From: Okeania sp.
GTDB taxonomy: Bacteria > Cyanobacteriota > Cyanobacteriia > Cyanobacteriales > Microcoleaceae
Direction: 5' to 3'
DNA length: 29,609 nucleotides
Assembly: GCF_035285525.1 (NCBI RefSeq)
Contig: NZ_JAYKGW010000237.1
Location: 1 to 29,609, forward strand
The position numbers were made by a program, and so were the translations under genes. Within the stretch, counting starts at the first letter, position 1; each line of letters opens with the position of its first letter. Positions 1-8,565 of this stretch are shown one piece after another. The notes beneath the pieces were generated by a model. It ran no database searches. It was not told the DNA's origin and worked only from the letters and a program-made list of their open reading frames with translations.

Positions 1-497
1 CAAAACTAAGTCAGAGTTCCATGATGTGAGAGAAGAGTTGGAGCGATCGCAATCTCAGTTAGATGAGGTATTGGGAGAGTTGGAGCAAACCCATTTTGAG
101 TTACATCAGCTAAAGGAAAAAGGGGAAAAACAGCACTCAGAGTCTAATGAACAAGTTAAGCAGGAGTTAGGGGAAACTAAGGCCAAGTTGCAGGAGACTC
201 AAAAGTTGTTAAAGGAATCTCAGTCTCAGAAAGAAAGAGATGATTATAAGGGTAAGTGGCAAGAAAGTCAACAAAAATTAGACAAAACTAAGTCAGAGTT
301 CCATGATGTGAGAGAAGAATTGGAGCGATCGCAATCTCAGTTAGATGAGGTATTAGGAGAGTTGGAGCAAACCCACTTTGAGTTACATCAGCTTAAAGAA
401 AAAGGAGAACAACAGCAGTCAGAGTCCAATGAACAAGTTAAGCAGGAGTTAGTAGAAACTAAGGCCAAATTGCAGGATACTGAGAAGTTATTAGATC
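1..497. repeat. In-frame 282-nt (94 aa) tandem duplication inside the coiled-coil CDS
   Basis: About 215 nt starting at 1 (caaaactaagtcagagttccatgatgtgagagaaga...) recur nearly identically from 283. Each copy carries a HIP1 site (43-50, 325-332). A degenerate third copy lies around 765-900. Confidence 0.85.
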
Positions 498-1321
498 AGT
501 CTCAGTCCCAGTTAAGTGAAACTATGGGAGTACTAGAAGAATATAAGTCTCAAATGGAAAAGACCATCGAGACATTAGAGGAGTCCCAAGGGAAGTTGCA
601 GCAGAAGCAGCATGAGTCCAAGGAGGTTAAGGAACAGTTACAAAAGGAGTCGAGAGTAGAGTTGGAACTCAAGAAGGAGTTGGAGGAAACTAAGTTTCAG
701 TTGCGGGAGACTGAGGAGTTGTTAAAGAAATATCAGATGCAGTTAGAAGAAACAGTAGGAATATTGGAGCAAACCCACCTTGAGTTACATCACCTAAAGG
801 AAAAGGGAGAACGACAAGAGTTAGAGTTACATGGACAAGTTAAACAAGAGTTGACAGAAACTAAGGCCAAGTTACAGAAGACAGAAAAGTTATGGGAGCA
901 GTCTCAGTCTCAGTTAGGTGAGACCATGGGTGTGTTGGAGCAGTATCAGTCTCAAATGGAACAGGTAATGGGGACATTGGAGGAGTTGCAAGGGAAGTTG
1001 CAGCAGAAGCAGTCGGGGTCAGAGTCGCAGTTGCAGAAAGAGTTGGAGGAAACTAAGGCCAAGTTACAGGAGAAAGAGGAGTTGTTGGAAAAGTATCAGT
1101 TGCAGCTTGAGGAAACAATGGGAGTATTAGAAGAGTCTTATTCTCAACTTGAGGAGAAACAAAAGGAGTTAGAACAAGTAAAACAAGAGTCTGAACAAAC
1201 GAAACTTCAACTACAACAGACTAAAATAAAACTCAGAAAATTAAAAGGTGACTATAAACCTGAATCTAATCAAAAAGTTGCTAAATCTTCTTCAGGAAAC
1301 AACAAAAGAAGAAAAAAATAG
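2..1321 (+). CDS. Coiled-coil repeat protein, 5'-truncated by the window edge
   Basis: The frame is open from base 2. KTKSEFHDV precedes the GTG at 26 used by the ORF track, and the same peptide recurs 94 aa later. Stop is TAA at 1319-1321. The sequence is E/K/Q/L-rich and heptad-like, with recurring ELEETKAKLQE and SQSQL-ETMGVLE blocks and a basic tail NNKRRKK. No catalytic motif recognised. Confidence 0.75.
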   Translation, partial: KTKSEFHDVREELERSQSQLDEVLGELEQTHFELHQLKEKGEKQHSESNEQVKQELGETKAKLQETQKLLKESQSQKERDDYKGKWQESQQKLDKTKSEFHDVREELERSQSQLDEVLGELEQTHFELHQLKEKGEQQQSESNEQVKQELVETKAKLQDTEKLLDQSQSQLSETMGVLEEYKSQMEKTIETLEESQGKLQQKQHESKEVKEQLQKESRVELELKKELEETKFQLRETEELLKKYQMQLEETVGILEQTHLELHHLKEKGERQELELHGQVKQELTETKAKLQKTEKLWEQSQSQLGETMGVLEQYQSQMEQVMGTLEELQGKLQQKQSGSESQLQKELEETKAKLQEKEELLEKYQLQLEETMGVLEESYSQLEEKQKELEQVKQESEQTKLQLQQTKIKLRKLKGDYKPESNQKVAKSSSGNNKRRKK

Positions 1322-1912
1322 GTATTTATAAAAATTTTAATTAAGGAAGTTTTCATCAGTGAAAAAGACTTGCTATAGTAGCAGAATATTTTGTGCAAAT
1401 ATATCCTTGGGATTTTATAGAAATAGGTTTTTTCAAGGAGAAATAAAAAAATTATTAGCTTAGGTGGCATATAAAAATAACATTAGGAACTCAAAATTTT
1501 CAAGGAGGAGAGTATGAAACTTTCTTGAAAAATATTGAACAATATAAGACTAATGTAGATATTGTCAGATTATTTTCTTTAGATAAAAAAAGCAATAAAT
1601 CTGATTAAAAATAGAGAATTATGTTTTACATTTGTAGATAGTTTATCTACTTCTTAATAATGCTTGTTTGTCTGATATAAAAACAGTCGCTCATTGTCAA
1701 AGTATTATAGCTGTTGATGATTAGTTTATTTCTGAAGTTGATAGTGCTTTTCATAAAGATACTGAAATTATTTAGAGCAGTAAACTCTATATTCCTATTT
1801 CTAGGGAAGGTTATCTACTAAAACTTTAAAATCAACTAATTTAACAGTCTGAAAAATCCCAAAATTCACGTAACAATTCAATAACGTTTTATATTAACCG
1901 AGGAAAAAAATC

Positions 1913-4900
1913 ATGGGTATAGTAAGAGGTGGAGTTCCCACTGAACTAGCTATTCAACTAAGAAATAAATACAATTTGCAAGTATTTGTGGAAACAGGAA
2001 CTCACTATGGAGATACCGCTTTATGGGCAGCAAAACATTTTAACAAAGTAATAACTGTTGAATTTTCCCAGAAAATTTATGATGAAGTGCTGAAAAGGCA
2101 TAGTCAAGTAAAAAATATAGAATTTTTGTTTGGTCATTCAAAAGAACAAATTCAATCAATTGTACCTAAGCTGAAAGAACCAGCTCTATTTTGGTTAGAC
2201 GCTCATTGGTCAGGAAATGTTACTTATGGAAAGGGAGATGAGTGTCCTTTATTAGAAGAGTTAGAAATTATTAATAATTCAGAATTCGATCATTTTATTA
2301 TGATTGATGATGCACGACTTTTTACTTCACCACCACCACTCCCTCATCAAGTTGATGAATGGCCGAATATTAGTGAAGTTATCAAAAAATTAAACTTTTT
2401 GGGTGGAAAAAGTAGATACACAGTTATTGTAGAAGATGTGATAGTTTCTGTGCCCGAATATGCCAAATCTTTAATTGCTAAATATTCTCAAGATATTAAT
2501 ACTAAATTATCCCAAGAATACTCTAAAACTCGTCAGTCTCCAGGTATTATCCAATCATCTAATCCCCAAGAAAAAGATTTGATAGAAATTGTTAATGTGG
2601 TTAATTTTTTTGAAACTGCAACTCAATATTTAGTAGATTTTAGGCTAGAAAAACCAACAAAAAGAGCAACTGATACTATTGTGCGTGTAAGAGGTTGGGT
2701 AGTAGGAAAAAAATCTCCAGTAAAAGCAATAGAATTAGTTAATGGAGGACAAGTATTAGATACTATTCCGGTTGATTGGGAAAGACATGATGTGGCTCAA
2801 GCTTTCCCAAACTATTTAAAAACTGGAGAAAATTCTGGATTTAGAAAATCCATTAATTCCCATCAACTTTCTAACAATAATCAATTCACTTTACAAGCAG
2901 TATTGAAAGATGAAACTCGCGTTCCCATAGCAGAAGTAACATTCAGAAAAAGACCCAACAAACAAAATGCTAAACAAAACATTGCTTTATTTAGAAATAG
3001 TGGAGAAAGTCACGTTATTTCCAGATTTATTAAATCTGACGATATAGTTTTTGATGTGGGAGCTTCGGTGGGAAATTGGACTCAAGAAGTTTTAGCTCAT
3101 CATCCCAATGCTGAAATACATATATTTGAACCCAGAATTAAAGCATACAGAAATCTCGTTAAAAATCTATCTGCACAAATACCGTCAGGAAAAATTATTG
3201 CCAATAATTTTGCTGTCGCCAAAACTGAAGAAATTAAGAGATTTTATGATTATGAAAGTGCCCCTGAATTAAGTACATTTTATAGAAGGGTTGATGTAGA
3301 AAAGCGACCTAAATTTAAGCCTCCAATAGAATTACCAATCTTGACAACTACTATAGATAATTATTGTCATAGTTTAGGAATTAAAAGAATTAATTTTCTC
3401 AAAATAGATGTAGAGGGTAGTGAATTAGATGTGCTTCATGGCTGCGATAAATTATTGAAACAAGGAAAAATAGATTATATTCAATTTGAGTATGGTGGAA
3501 CTTATATTGACTCGAAAACAACCTTAAAACAAGTTTTTAATTATTTGCAAAGTTGCCGATATTTAATTTTTAAGATGCTGCCAGATAGGGTAGATTATTT
3601 ACCTCAATTTTTACCAGAATATGAAAATTATGGCTATGCCAATTTCTTAGCAGTTAATGAACGTTTCAATGTCAATATTTTAGGTGGTAAAAAAGATCAA
3701 ATGCTTGACATTGCTGCTCTATGTCAAGAACATTCTATTAATATCAGTGGTGTAGTACATATTGGAGCGCACATGGGACAGGAACTTGGAGAATATCAAC
3801 GAATGAATGTCAAAAAAGTTTTGTTCATTGAAGCTAATCCAGTTGTGTCTGAACGGCTCCAAAAACAAGTAGCCAATTTACATAATGTACAAGTAGTTAA
3901 TTGTGCAATTACTAATCGTAACGGCATCGTTAACTTACACGTCACTTCTAACGAACAAAGTAGTTCCATCTTACCTCTAAAAGGTCATAGTAATATTTAT
4001 CCAAATATTAAAGAAACTCATCAAGTTAATGTACCTGGAAAGACATTGGATACCTTGTTACAAGAACTAGGAAATCAACCAGAAGAATTCAATTTTTTGA
4101 ATATAGATATTCAGGGTGCAGAATTATTAGCTTTGCAAGGAGCTACGAATCTACTAAAATATGTTGATGCTATTAATACAGAAATTAATTATGAAGAACT
4201 GTATGAAGGATGTGCATTAATTGATGAGATTGATGAATTTTTAGAACAACATGGGTTTGAGCGGGTGGCAACTACAACACCAAATCCTACTTGGGGAGAT
4301 GCTTTTTATATCAGAAAGCCAGTTGTTACTGTCTCTGAACTAGGTTTTAATGGTCGTTTTGGTAACCAGATATTTCAGTATGGTTTCTTGAAAACTTATG
4401 CCCTCAAACATAATCTCCGAGCTGAAACTCCTAATTGGATAGGCCAGTATCTTTTTGGTCACAAAGATCCGCCAATTTCTCGATTGGAAAATTTGCAAAA
4501 AGTTAAGGAAATAATAGATGGAAAAACTGGTTCCCGATCGATACCTGATTCAGAACAACCCTTTAAAGACGTTGACTTCTTTGGTTATTTTCAGCTTCAT
4601 TTTAGCTATTACGCGCCCTACAAAGAGTATTTCAAATCATTGTTTCAACCTATTGGAGAGGTAAAATCAACAGTGGCAGTAGCGATGAAGAAACTCCAGG
4701 AACGGGGAAAAACAATAGTTGGTTTGCATTTACGCCAAGGGGACTATAAACACCTAATGAGGGAAAAACGTTCTGGCATTACTTGTGCTTATGTAGCTCC
4801 TAACGAATGGTATAAAGATTGGTTGGCTGGTTTGTGGGAAACCTTAGAGGAACCAGTTTTATTTATTGCTAGCGATGAAGTTGAAGAAGTTGTCAGTGAT

Positions 4901-5662
4901 TTTGCGGATTATAATCCTGTTACGGTTAAAGATTTGGGTATAGAGTTACCCCAGACACCTGACTATCCAGATTTTTACATCTTGAGTCAATGTGATGTGT
5001 TAGCTATATCAAATAGCTCATTTTCCTTTGCTGCATCTGTGTTAAATGAACGAGGAAAGTTTTTCTTCCGCCCTCATTTTCAAGCCAAGAAATTAATCCC
5101 TTACGATCCTTGGAATAGCGAACCTCTTTTATGGTGGAAGCGAGATGATATTGATATGCAAAAGCTTCTACCTGAAGAAGATCTGAGAGAAGTTGTAGAT
5201 GTCGTCAGATTAGCTAAAACACCATCAGAACATCTAGAGGGATTTTCGCTCGGGAAACCGAGAAAAGGTAATAAAACTGATTCTAGCATTGGAATAAGAG
5301 GTTGGGTATTAGGAAAAACCTCTCCTGCAAAATCTGTAGAATTAGTTAGTGATGGACAAGTATTCCAGACTATTCAAGTTGATATCCAAAGGTTAGATGT
5401 GGCAAGAGCTTTTCCCAGCTATTCAAAAACTGCTGAAAACTCTGGATTTGACAAATATATTAACTTTAGCCAAATCCCTAGTGATGAATTTACTTTACAA
5501 GTTGTGCTAGAAAATCAAATCCGTCTTCCTTTATTAGCAGTTAAGTTAAGGAAAATCATAACTCAAGAATCCCAACCATTATCCCATCTACAGCAATCTC
5601 AGCAAGCTTTTAAGCAATTACAGTCTCGGTTGCAACAGATACAGGCAAAACAAAAGAATTGA
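1913..5662 (+). CDS. Multidomain glycan-modifying enzyme (1249 aa): class I MTase-fold domain, GW module, 2x FkbM-type methyltransferase, GT11-like (alpha-1,2-fucosyltransferase-like) glycosyltransferase, GW module, Q-rich coiled-coil tail
   Basis: ATG at 1913 is preceded by gagga (1901-1905).
- N-terminal domain: VETGTHYGDTA...WLDAHW...IMIDDARLF, a Rossmann MTase-like pattern, possibly CmcI-like.
- GW module around aa 235-345: VRVRGWVVGKKSPVKAIELV...DVAQAFP...ENSGF.
- FkbM motifs: FDVGASVGNW...FLKIDVEGSELDVL (aa ~380-560) and VHIGAHMGQE...FLNIDIQGAELLAL (aa ~615-800).
- GT11 hallmarks: GRFGNQIFQYGF (aa ~814), HLRQGDY (aa ~939), ISNSSFSFAA.
- Second GW module around aa 1100-1215: IGIRGWVLGKTSPAKSVELV...DVARAFP...ENSGF. 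Confidence 0.8.
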   Translation: MGIVRGGVPTELAIQLRNKYNLQVFVETGTHYGDTALWAAKHFNKVITVEFSQKIYDEVLKRHSQVKNIEFLFGHSKEQIQSIVPKLKEPALFWLDAHWSGNVTYGKGDECPLLEELEIINNSEFDHFIMIDDARLFTSPPPLPHQVDEWPNISEVIKKLNFLGGKSRYTVIVEDVIVSVPEYAKSLIAKYSQDINTKLSQEYSKTRQSPGIIQSSNPQEKDLIEIVNVVNFFETATQYLVDFRLEKPTKRATDTIVRVRGWVVGKKSPVKAIELVNGGQVLDTIPVDWERHDVAQAFPNYLKTGENSGFRKSINSHQLSNNNQFTLQAVLKDETRVPIAEVTFRKRPNKQNAKQNIALFRNSGESHVISRFIKSDDIVFDVGASVGNWTQEVLAHHPNAEIHIFEPRIKAYRNLVKNLSAQIPSGKIIANNFAVAKTEEIKRFYDYESAPELSTFYRRVDVEKRPKFKPPIELPILTTTIDNYCHSLGIKRINFLKIDVEGSELDVLHGCDKLLKQGKIDYIQFEYGGTYIDSKTTLKQVFNYLQSCRYLIFKMLPDRVDYLPQFLPEYENYGYANFLAVNERFNVNILGGKKDQMLDIAALCQEHSINISGVVHIGAHMGQELGEYQRMNVKKVLFIEANPVVSERLQKQVANLHNVQVVNCAITNRNGIVNLHVTSNEQSSSILPLKGHSNIYPNIKETHQVNVPGKTLDTLLQELGNQPEEFNFLNIDIQGAELLALQGATNLLKYVDAINTEINYEELYEGCALIDEIDEFLEQHGFERVATTTPNPTWGDAFYIRKPVVTVSELGFNGRFGNQIFQYGFLKTYALKHNLRAETPNWIGQYLFGHKDPPISRLENLQKVKEIIDGKTGSRSIPDSEQPFKDVDFFGYFQLHFSYYAPYKEYFKSLFQPIGEVKSTVAVAMKKLQERGKTIVGLHLRQGDYKHLMREKRSGITCAYVAPNEWYKDWLAGLWETLEEPVLFIASDEVEEVVSDFADYNPVTVKDLGIELPQTPDYPDFYILSQCDVLAISNSSFSFAASVLNERGKFFFRPHFQAKKLIPYDPWNSEPLLWWKRDDIDMQKLLPEEDLREVVDVVRLAKTPSEHLEGFSLGKPRKGNKTDSSIGIRGWVLGKTSPAKSVELVSDGQVFQTIQVDIQRLDVARAFPSYSKTAENSGFDKYINFSQIPSDEFTLQVVLENQIRLPLLAVKLRKIITQESQPLSHLQQSQQAFKQLQSRLQQIQAKQKN

Positions 5663-5721
5663 TTATTCTAGGAAGTTTGTCTACCACCAAATATTTAGGG
5701 TTTGGTGAAAAAGTCGGAAAT

Positions 5722-5814
5722 TAGGGAGTAGGGAGTAGGGAGTAGGGAGTAGGGAGTAGGGAGTAGGGAGTAGGGAGTAGGGAGTAGGGAGTAGGGAGTA
5801 GAGAGTAGGGAGTA
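5722..5814. repeat. Heptamer tandem array (TAGGGAG/GGGAGTA), about 13 copies, STRR-like
   Basis: Direct reading: tagggag repeated head-to-tail from 5722 to 5814, with one variant unit (gagagta) near 5800. Intergenic, downstream of the CDS ending at 5662. Confidence 0.95.
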
Positions 5815-5846
5815 AACCCACCCCTAACCCCTCCCAGGAGGGGAAT
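5815..5846. repeat. 32-bp GC-rich dispersed repeat with hairpin, copy 1
   Basis: aacccacccctaacccctcccaggaggggaat. It contains the inverted repeat cccctcc/ggagggg. A second copy at 8319-8350 differs by one base, in the loop. Confidence 0.9.
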
Positions 5847-5984
5847 TTAGGAGGAGTAGGGAGTTATAGAGGAATTAGTTGGAAGAATTGTCTCTTAATT
5901 TTTCTGCCCTCATGATATCATGTCCGAAGGCAATCGGAGCGTGTAAAAGTTGGGAAAATATCTACCGCCATAAGTAAGATTTTT

Positions 5985-6055
5985 CCTTCTTCACATCGAT
6001 CTTCTTCCTTCTTCACATCGATCTTCTTCCTTCTTCCTTCTTCCTTACCTTCTTT
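5985..6055. repeat. Simple repeat: 22-bp unit x2 (ccttcttcacatcgatcttctt) followed by (CCTTCTT)n
   Basis: Direct reading of 5985-6055. The same CCTTCTT-type run occurs inside the giant CDS at 14521-14555. Confidence 0.9.
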
Positions 6056-6146
6056 ATACAATACCGATGCTACCGGACATGATATGGGCTTTTTGTGCTA
6101 ACTTTTTTAATTTTTTTAACCTAAAAGCTAGTACTTTAGTAATAGC

Positions 6147-7832
6147 CTAATGAACTTTTGCTACCTGAAGTAATTTTGATAGTAAGTCAATATTAATGAC
6201 TACATCTAAATCTCTATTTTTTGGTAAATCCTGTCTGCTCCTAGAAGATTCACCTATCATATAATAGTGTTCTAAATTGCAGTGATTAGCAGTTATATAG
6301 TAGCAATTTCTCAGAGCATCAGGTCCAAATAACTCTATAATCTTAGTACCAGACTGACAGAATACTATATTAGTAAGTGCTGCACCATGAACTGCAACTA
6401 TAACTTTGGCATTGGCAAACAAAGAAACTTGCTCTGCAACTGAAGTAGAAGAGAGAACTACAGTCTGAAAACCAAGTGTACTTAAAAATTCAATTACCCG
6501 ATCTTCATTAACAAGACGACGCACATCACTGTCTTTTCTACTTATGTAAATACGCTCTTGATATTTTGTTGATTTAACTTGATTTTTTAATGGCATTAAC
6601 TCTCTTCTAATAAAGTCACAATTCCATTTTGAAGGAGCTGCCAGAGGTAAGGATGGTACAACTAATTTATCAGCTATAATATGATGATTTTGATAACTTT
6701 CTATAACTTTTTCTTGAGGAATACCTAAAAAAGTTAATATTTCTTTTTGAAATCTTTGTTGGTAAGAATTAACTATAAATTTATCTACATAACCTAAATC
6801 TATACCTCCTTTGAAGAGCAATTCCAAGCGAGAAATTACATCAAATATCCAATGGTAATAATTATACCCCCACCGAGATGATAAAAATACTGCTGTTCCA
6901 TCTAAATTTAGAGCTGGCGGTAAGTTTTTTGTTGACATTAAGTCAATAATATCAGGTTTTCTGAACATCCTTTTGGTTAAAATTTCATCTTCTGAGTCAG
7001 TCACAACTACCCCCCAAGAATCATTGCTCCAAACTCTTCCTTTAGGAACTAGCATAAGAAAATTATTTACATAATGAGAAGTTTTAATACAAAAGTTTTG
7101 ATGAATGTTTTTATCTACAGTTAAAGATGGGTTAAAGTAATTAGGATTGGAGAAATTAATCTGTGTATAACTTACCCGATATTTTTCATTTTGGTTATTG
7201 TTAGGAAGCTCTAGAAATTTGCCGATATCTTTACTTAATACAACTGGTATATTTGGATATTCTTCAGGGTTTTGTTCAGCTATTTTACAGTAGAGAGCTA
7301 TAGCTTCTTCAATTAATCCTTGTCTCCGTAATGCTTTAGCTAAACTAGAGTAATATTTAACTAATAAGTTGGGCTTTAATTGAAAAGCAGTTTGATATGA
7401 TTTGACAGCTTCTGATAGTTTTCCTTTTTTTAAGAAACAATCACCTAAATGTTTATATCCACTGGCAAATTCAGGGGATAACTCAACTGCTTTTTGGAAG
7501 AAAATTAGCGCTTTTTTAACATTTCCTTTTTCGTAAAAAGCTAATCCTAAATCATAGTTAAACCAAGCAACATTAGGGTTTAGTTTTAATGCAGATTTAT
7601 AAGTCTCTATTGCTTGTTCAAATTTACTTAACTTGAAGAAAGCATTTCCTAAATAATAATAAGACCAAGGTGAGTATGGATTTAGCTTTAAAGCAAATTG
7701 ATATGCAGCGATCGCTTCCTCAAATTTACCATTACGCATCAGTCTATTGCCATTTTTCATTTCCTCAGCAGATGTTACAGAAATCATTTGGCGATTATTT
7801 TTGAGCCAAGTTCCCTGTTGATTATTTTCCAT
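6147..7832 (-). CDS. TPR-repeat protein fused to a DUF563/GT61-like glycosyltransferase (561 aa)
   Basis: The N-terminal ~190 aa carry about 5 TPR units (AIAAYQFALKLNPYSPWSYYYLGNAFFKLSKFEQAIETYKSALKLNP...). The C-terminal half has GT61/DUF563 signatures YYHWIFDVISRLE and VHGAALTNIVFCQSGTKIIELF. Confidence 0.8.
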   Translation of the reverse strand: MENNQQGTWLKNNRQMISVTSAEEMKNGNRLMRNGKFEEAIAAYQFALKLNPYSPWSYYYLGNAFFKLSKFEQAIETYKSALKLNPNVAWFNYDLGLAFYEKGNVKKALIFFQKAVELSPEFASGYKHLGDCFLKKGKLSEAVKSYQTAFQLKPNLLVKYYSSLAKALRRQGLIEEAIALYCKIAEQNPEEYPNIPVVLSKDIGKFLELPNNNQNEKYRVSYTQINFSNPNYFNPSLTVDKNIHQNFCIKTSHYVNNFLMLVPKGRVWSNDSWGVVVTDSEDEILTKRMFRKPDIIDLMSTKNLPPALNLDGTAVFLSSRWGYNYYHWIFDVISRLELLFKGGIDLGYVDKFIVNSYQQRFQKEILTFLGIPQEKVIESYQNHHIIADKLVVPSLPLAAPSKWNCDFIRRELMPLKNQVKSTKYQERIYISRKDSDVRRLVNEDRVIEFLSTLGFQTVVLSSTSVAEQVSLFANAKVIVAVHGAALTNIVFCQSGTKIIELFGPDALRNCYYITANHCNLEHYYMIGESSRSRQDLPKNRDLDVVINIDLLSKLLQVAKVH

Positions 7833-8023
7833 TTCTAAATATACTAATTATTGAAACTTAACTATTAACTATTAATATAAGTGCCTATGCAAAATTAATT
7901 ACACATTCTGTTGATTTTCTGTTATTCCTTACCTCTTTCCTGTTCCCTATTTCCAGTTAAGTGTTCTCTCTCTCAAATAGGAGATTAATTTTGGACGACT
8001 ACTTAGATATAAGGCTTTGTTGG

Positions 8024-8043
8024 TAAGCATTCAGCTATTAGCA
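8024..8043. repeat. Solo terminal-inverted-repeat-like copy of the 18617-18826 element
   Basis: gtaagcattcagctattagc is identical to the reverse complement of 18807-18826 and matches 18617-18636 at 18/20. No convincing partner TIR nearby; the region ends in ...aggcttac around 8102. Confidence 0.6.
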
Positions 8044-8318
8044 CCTCAGCTATAAGCAATAAGACTCAGCTTTATCAGAAAAAAGCCTTTGAGAGGCTTA
8101 CCCATAACTTGTATATATTAAGGATAACCCTCTGCTTTTTATCGAACTTTTTGGATACTTACTACTGATTCTTGAGCTTTTTTTTTAGCATATCTAAATT
8201 TTCTTAAATACGAATAATAAAACGTATAGTCATTCCAAATAAGAATGGAACACTATCAAGAATAATGGAACCCAAAGACCTGAATACTTGCTAATAGACA
8301 TTCCAGAAAATACCGACT

Positions 8319-8350
8319 AACCCACCCCTAACCCCTCCCAAGAGGGGAAT
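8319..8350. repeat. 32-bp GC-rich dispersed repeat with hairpin, copy 2
   Basis: aacccacccctaacccctcccaagaggggaat, matching 5815-5846 at 31/32. Confidence 0.9.
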
Positions 8351-8565
8351 AATTTATAATTTCTTGTCGTGATAATTGATTTTGCTTTTTATTATTGGAG
8401 ATATCTAATGAAAAATGAAACTGAAGAAATTTAATTAATCACTATTTCTTAAGCTAAGACGCATTTAAAATGCACAATTACTTTTGTTTCTTGCATACAA
8501 TTGTAATAGGAATTCATGACTGCCTTTTGCCTTAAGCTCAGATATTTATCGGTAGTTTAAATGCC

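Noticed and set aside
1270-1470. Other short track ORFs: 1270-1470(-), 5101-5289(-), 10340-10549(+), 11495-11722(-), 21086-21268(+), 21737-21922(-), 22435-22641(-), 26102-26323(+), 26116-26304(-)
   Set aside because: Each is 60-75 aa, mostly overlapping or antisense to well-supported long CDSs or lying in AT-rich spacers. Their composition is low-complexity or hydrophobic, typical of random ORFs in AT-rich DNA. No motifs recognised.
1322-1912. 590-bp AT-rich spacer upstream of the first mega-enzyme gene as a specific promoter, riboswitch or sRNA
   Set aside because: Apart from a plausible gagga ribosome-binding site at 1901-1905, I could not identify a defensible -10/-35 pair or conserved structure in this AT-rich sequence. 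Many TATAAT-like strings occur by chance here.
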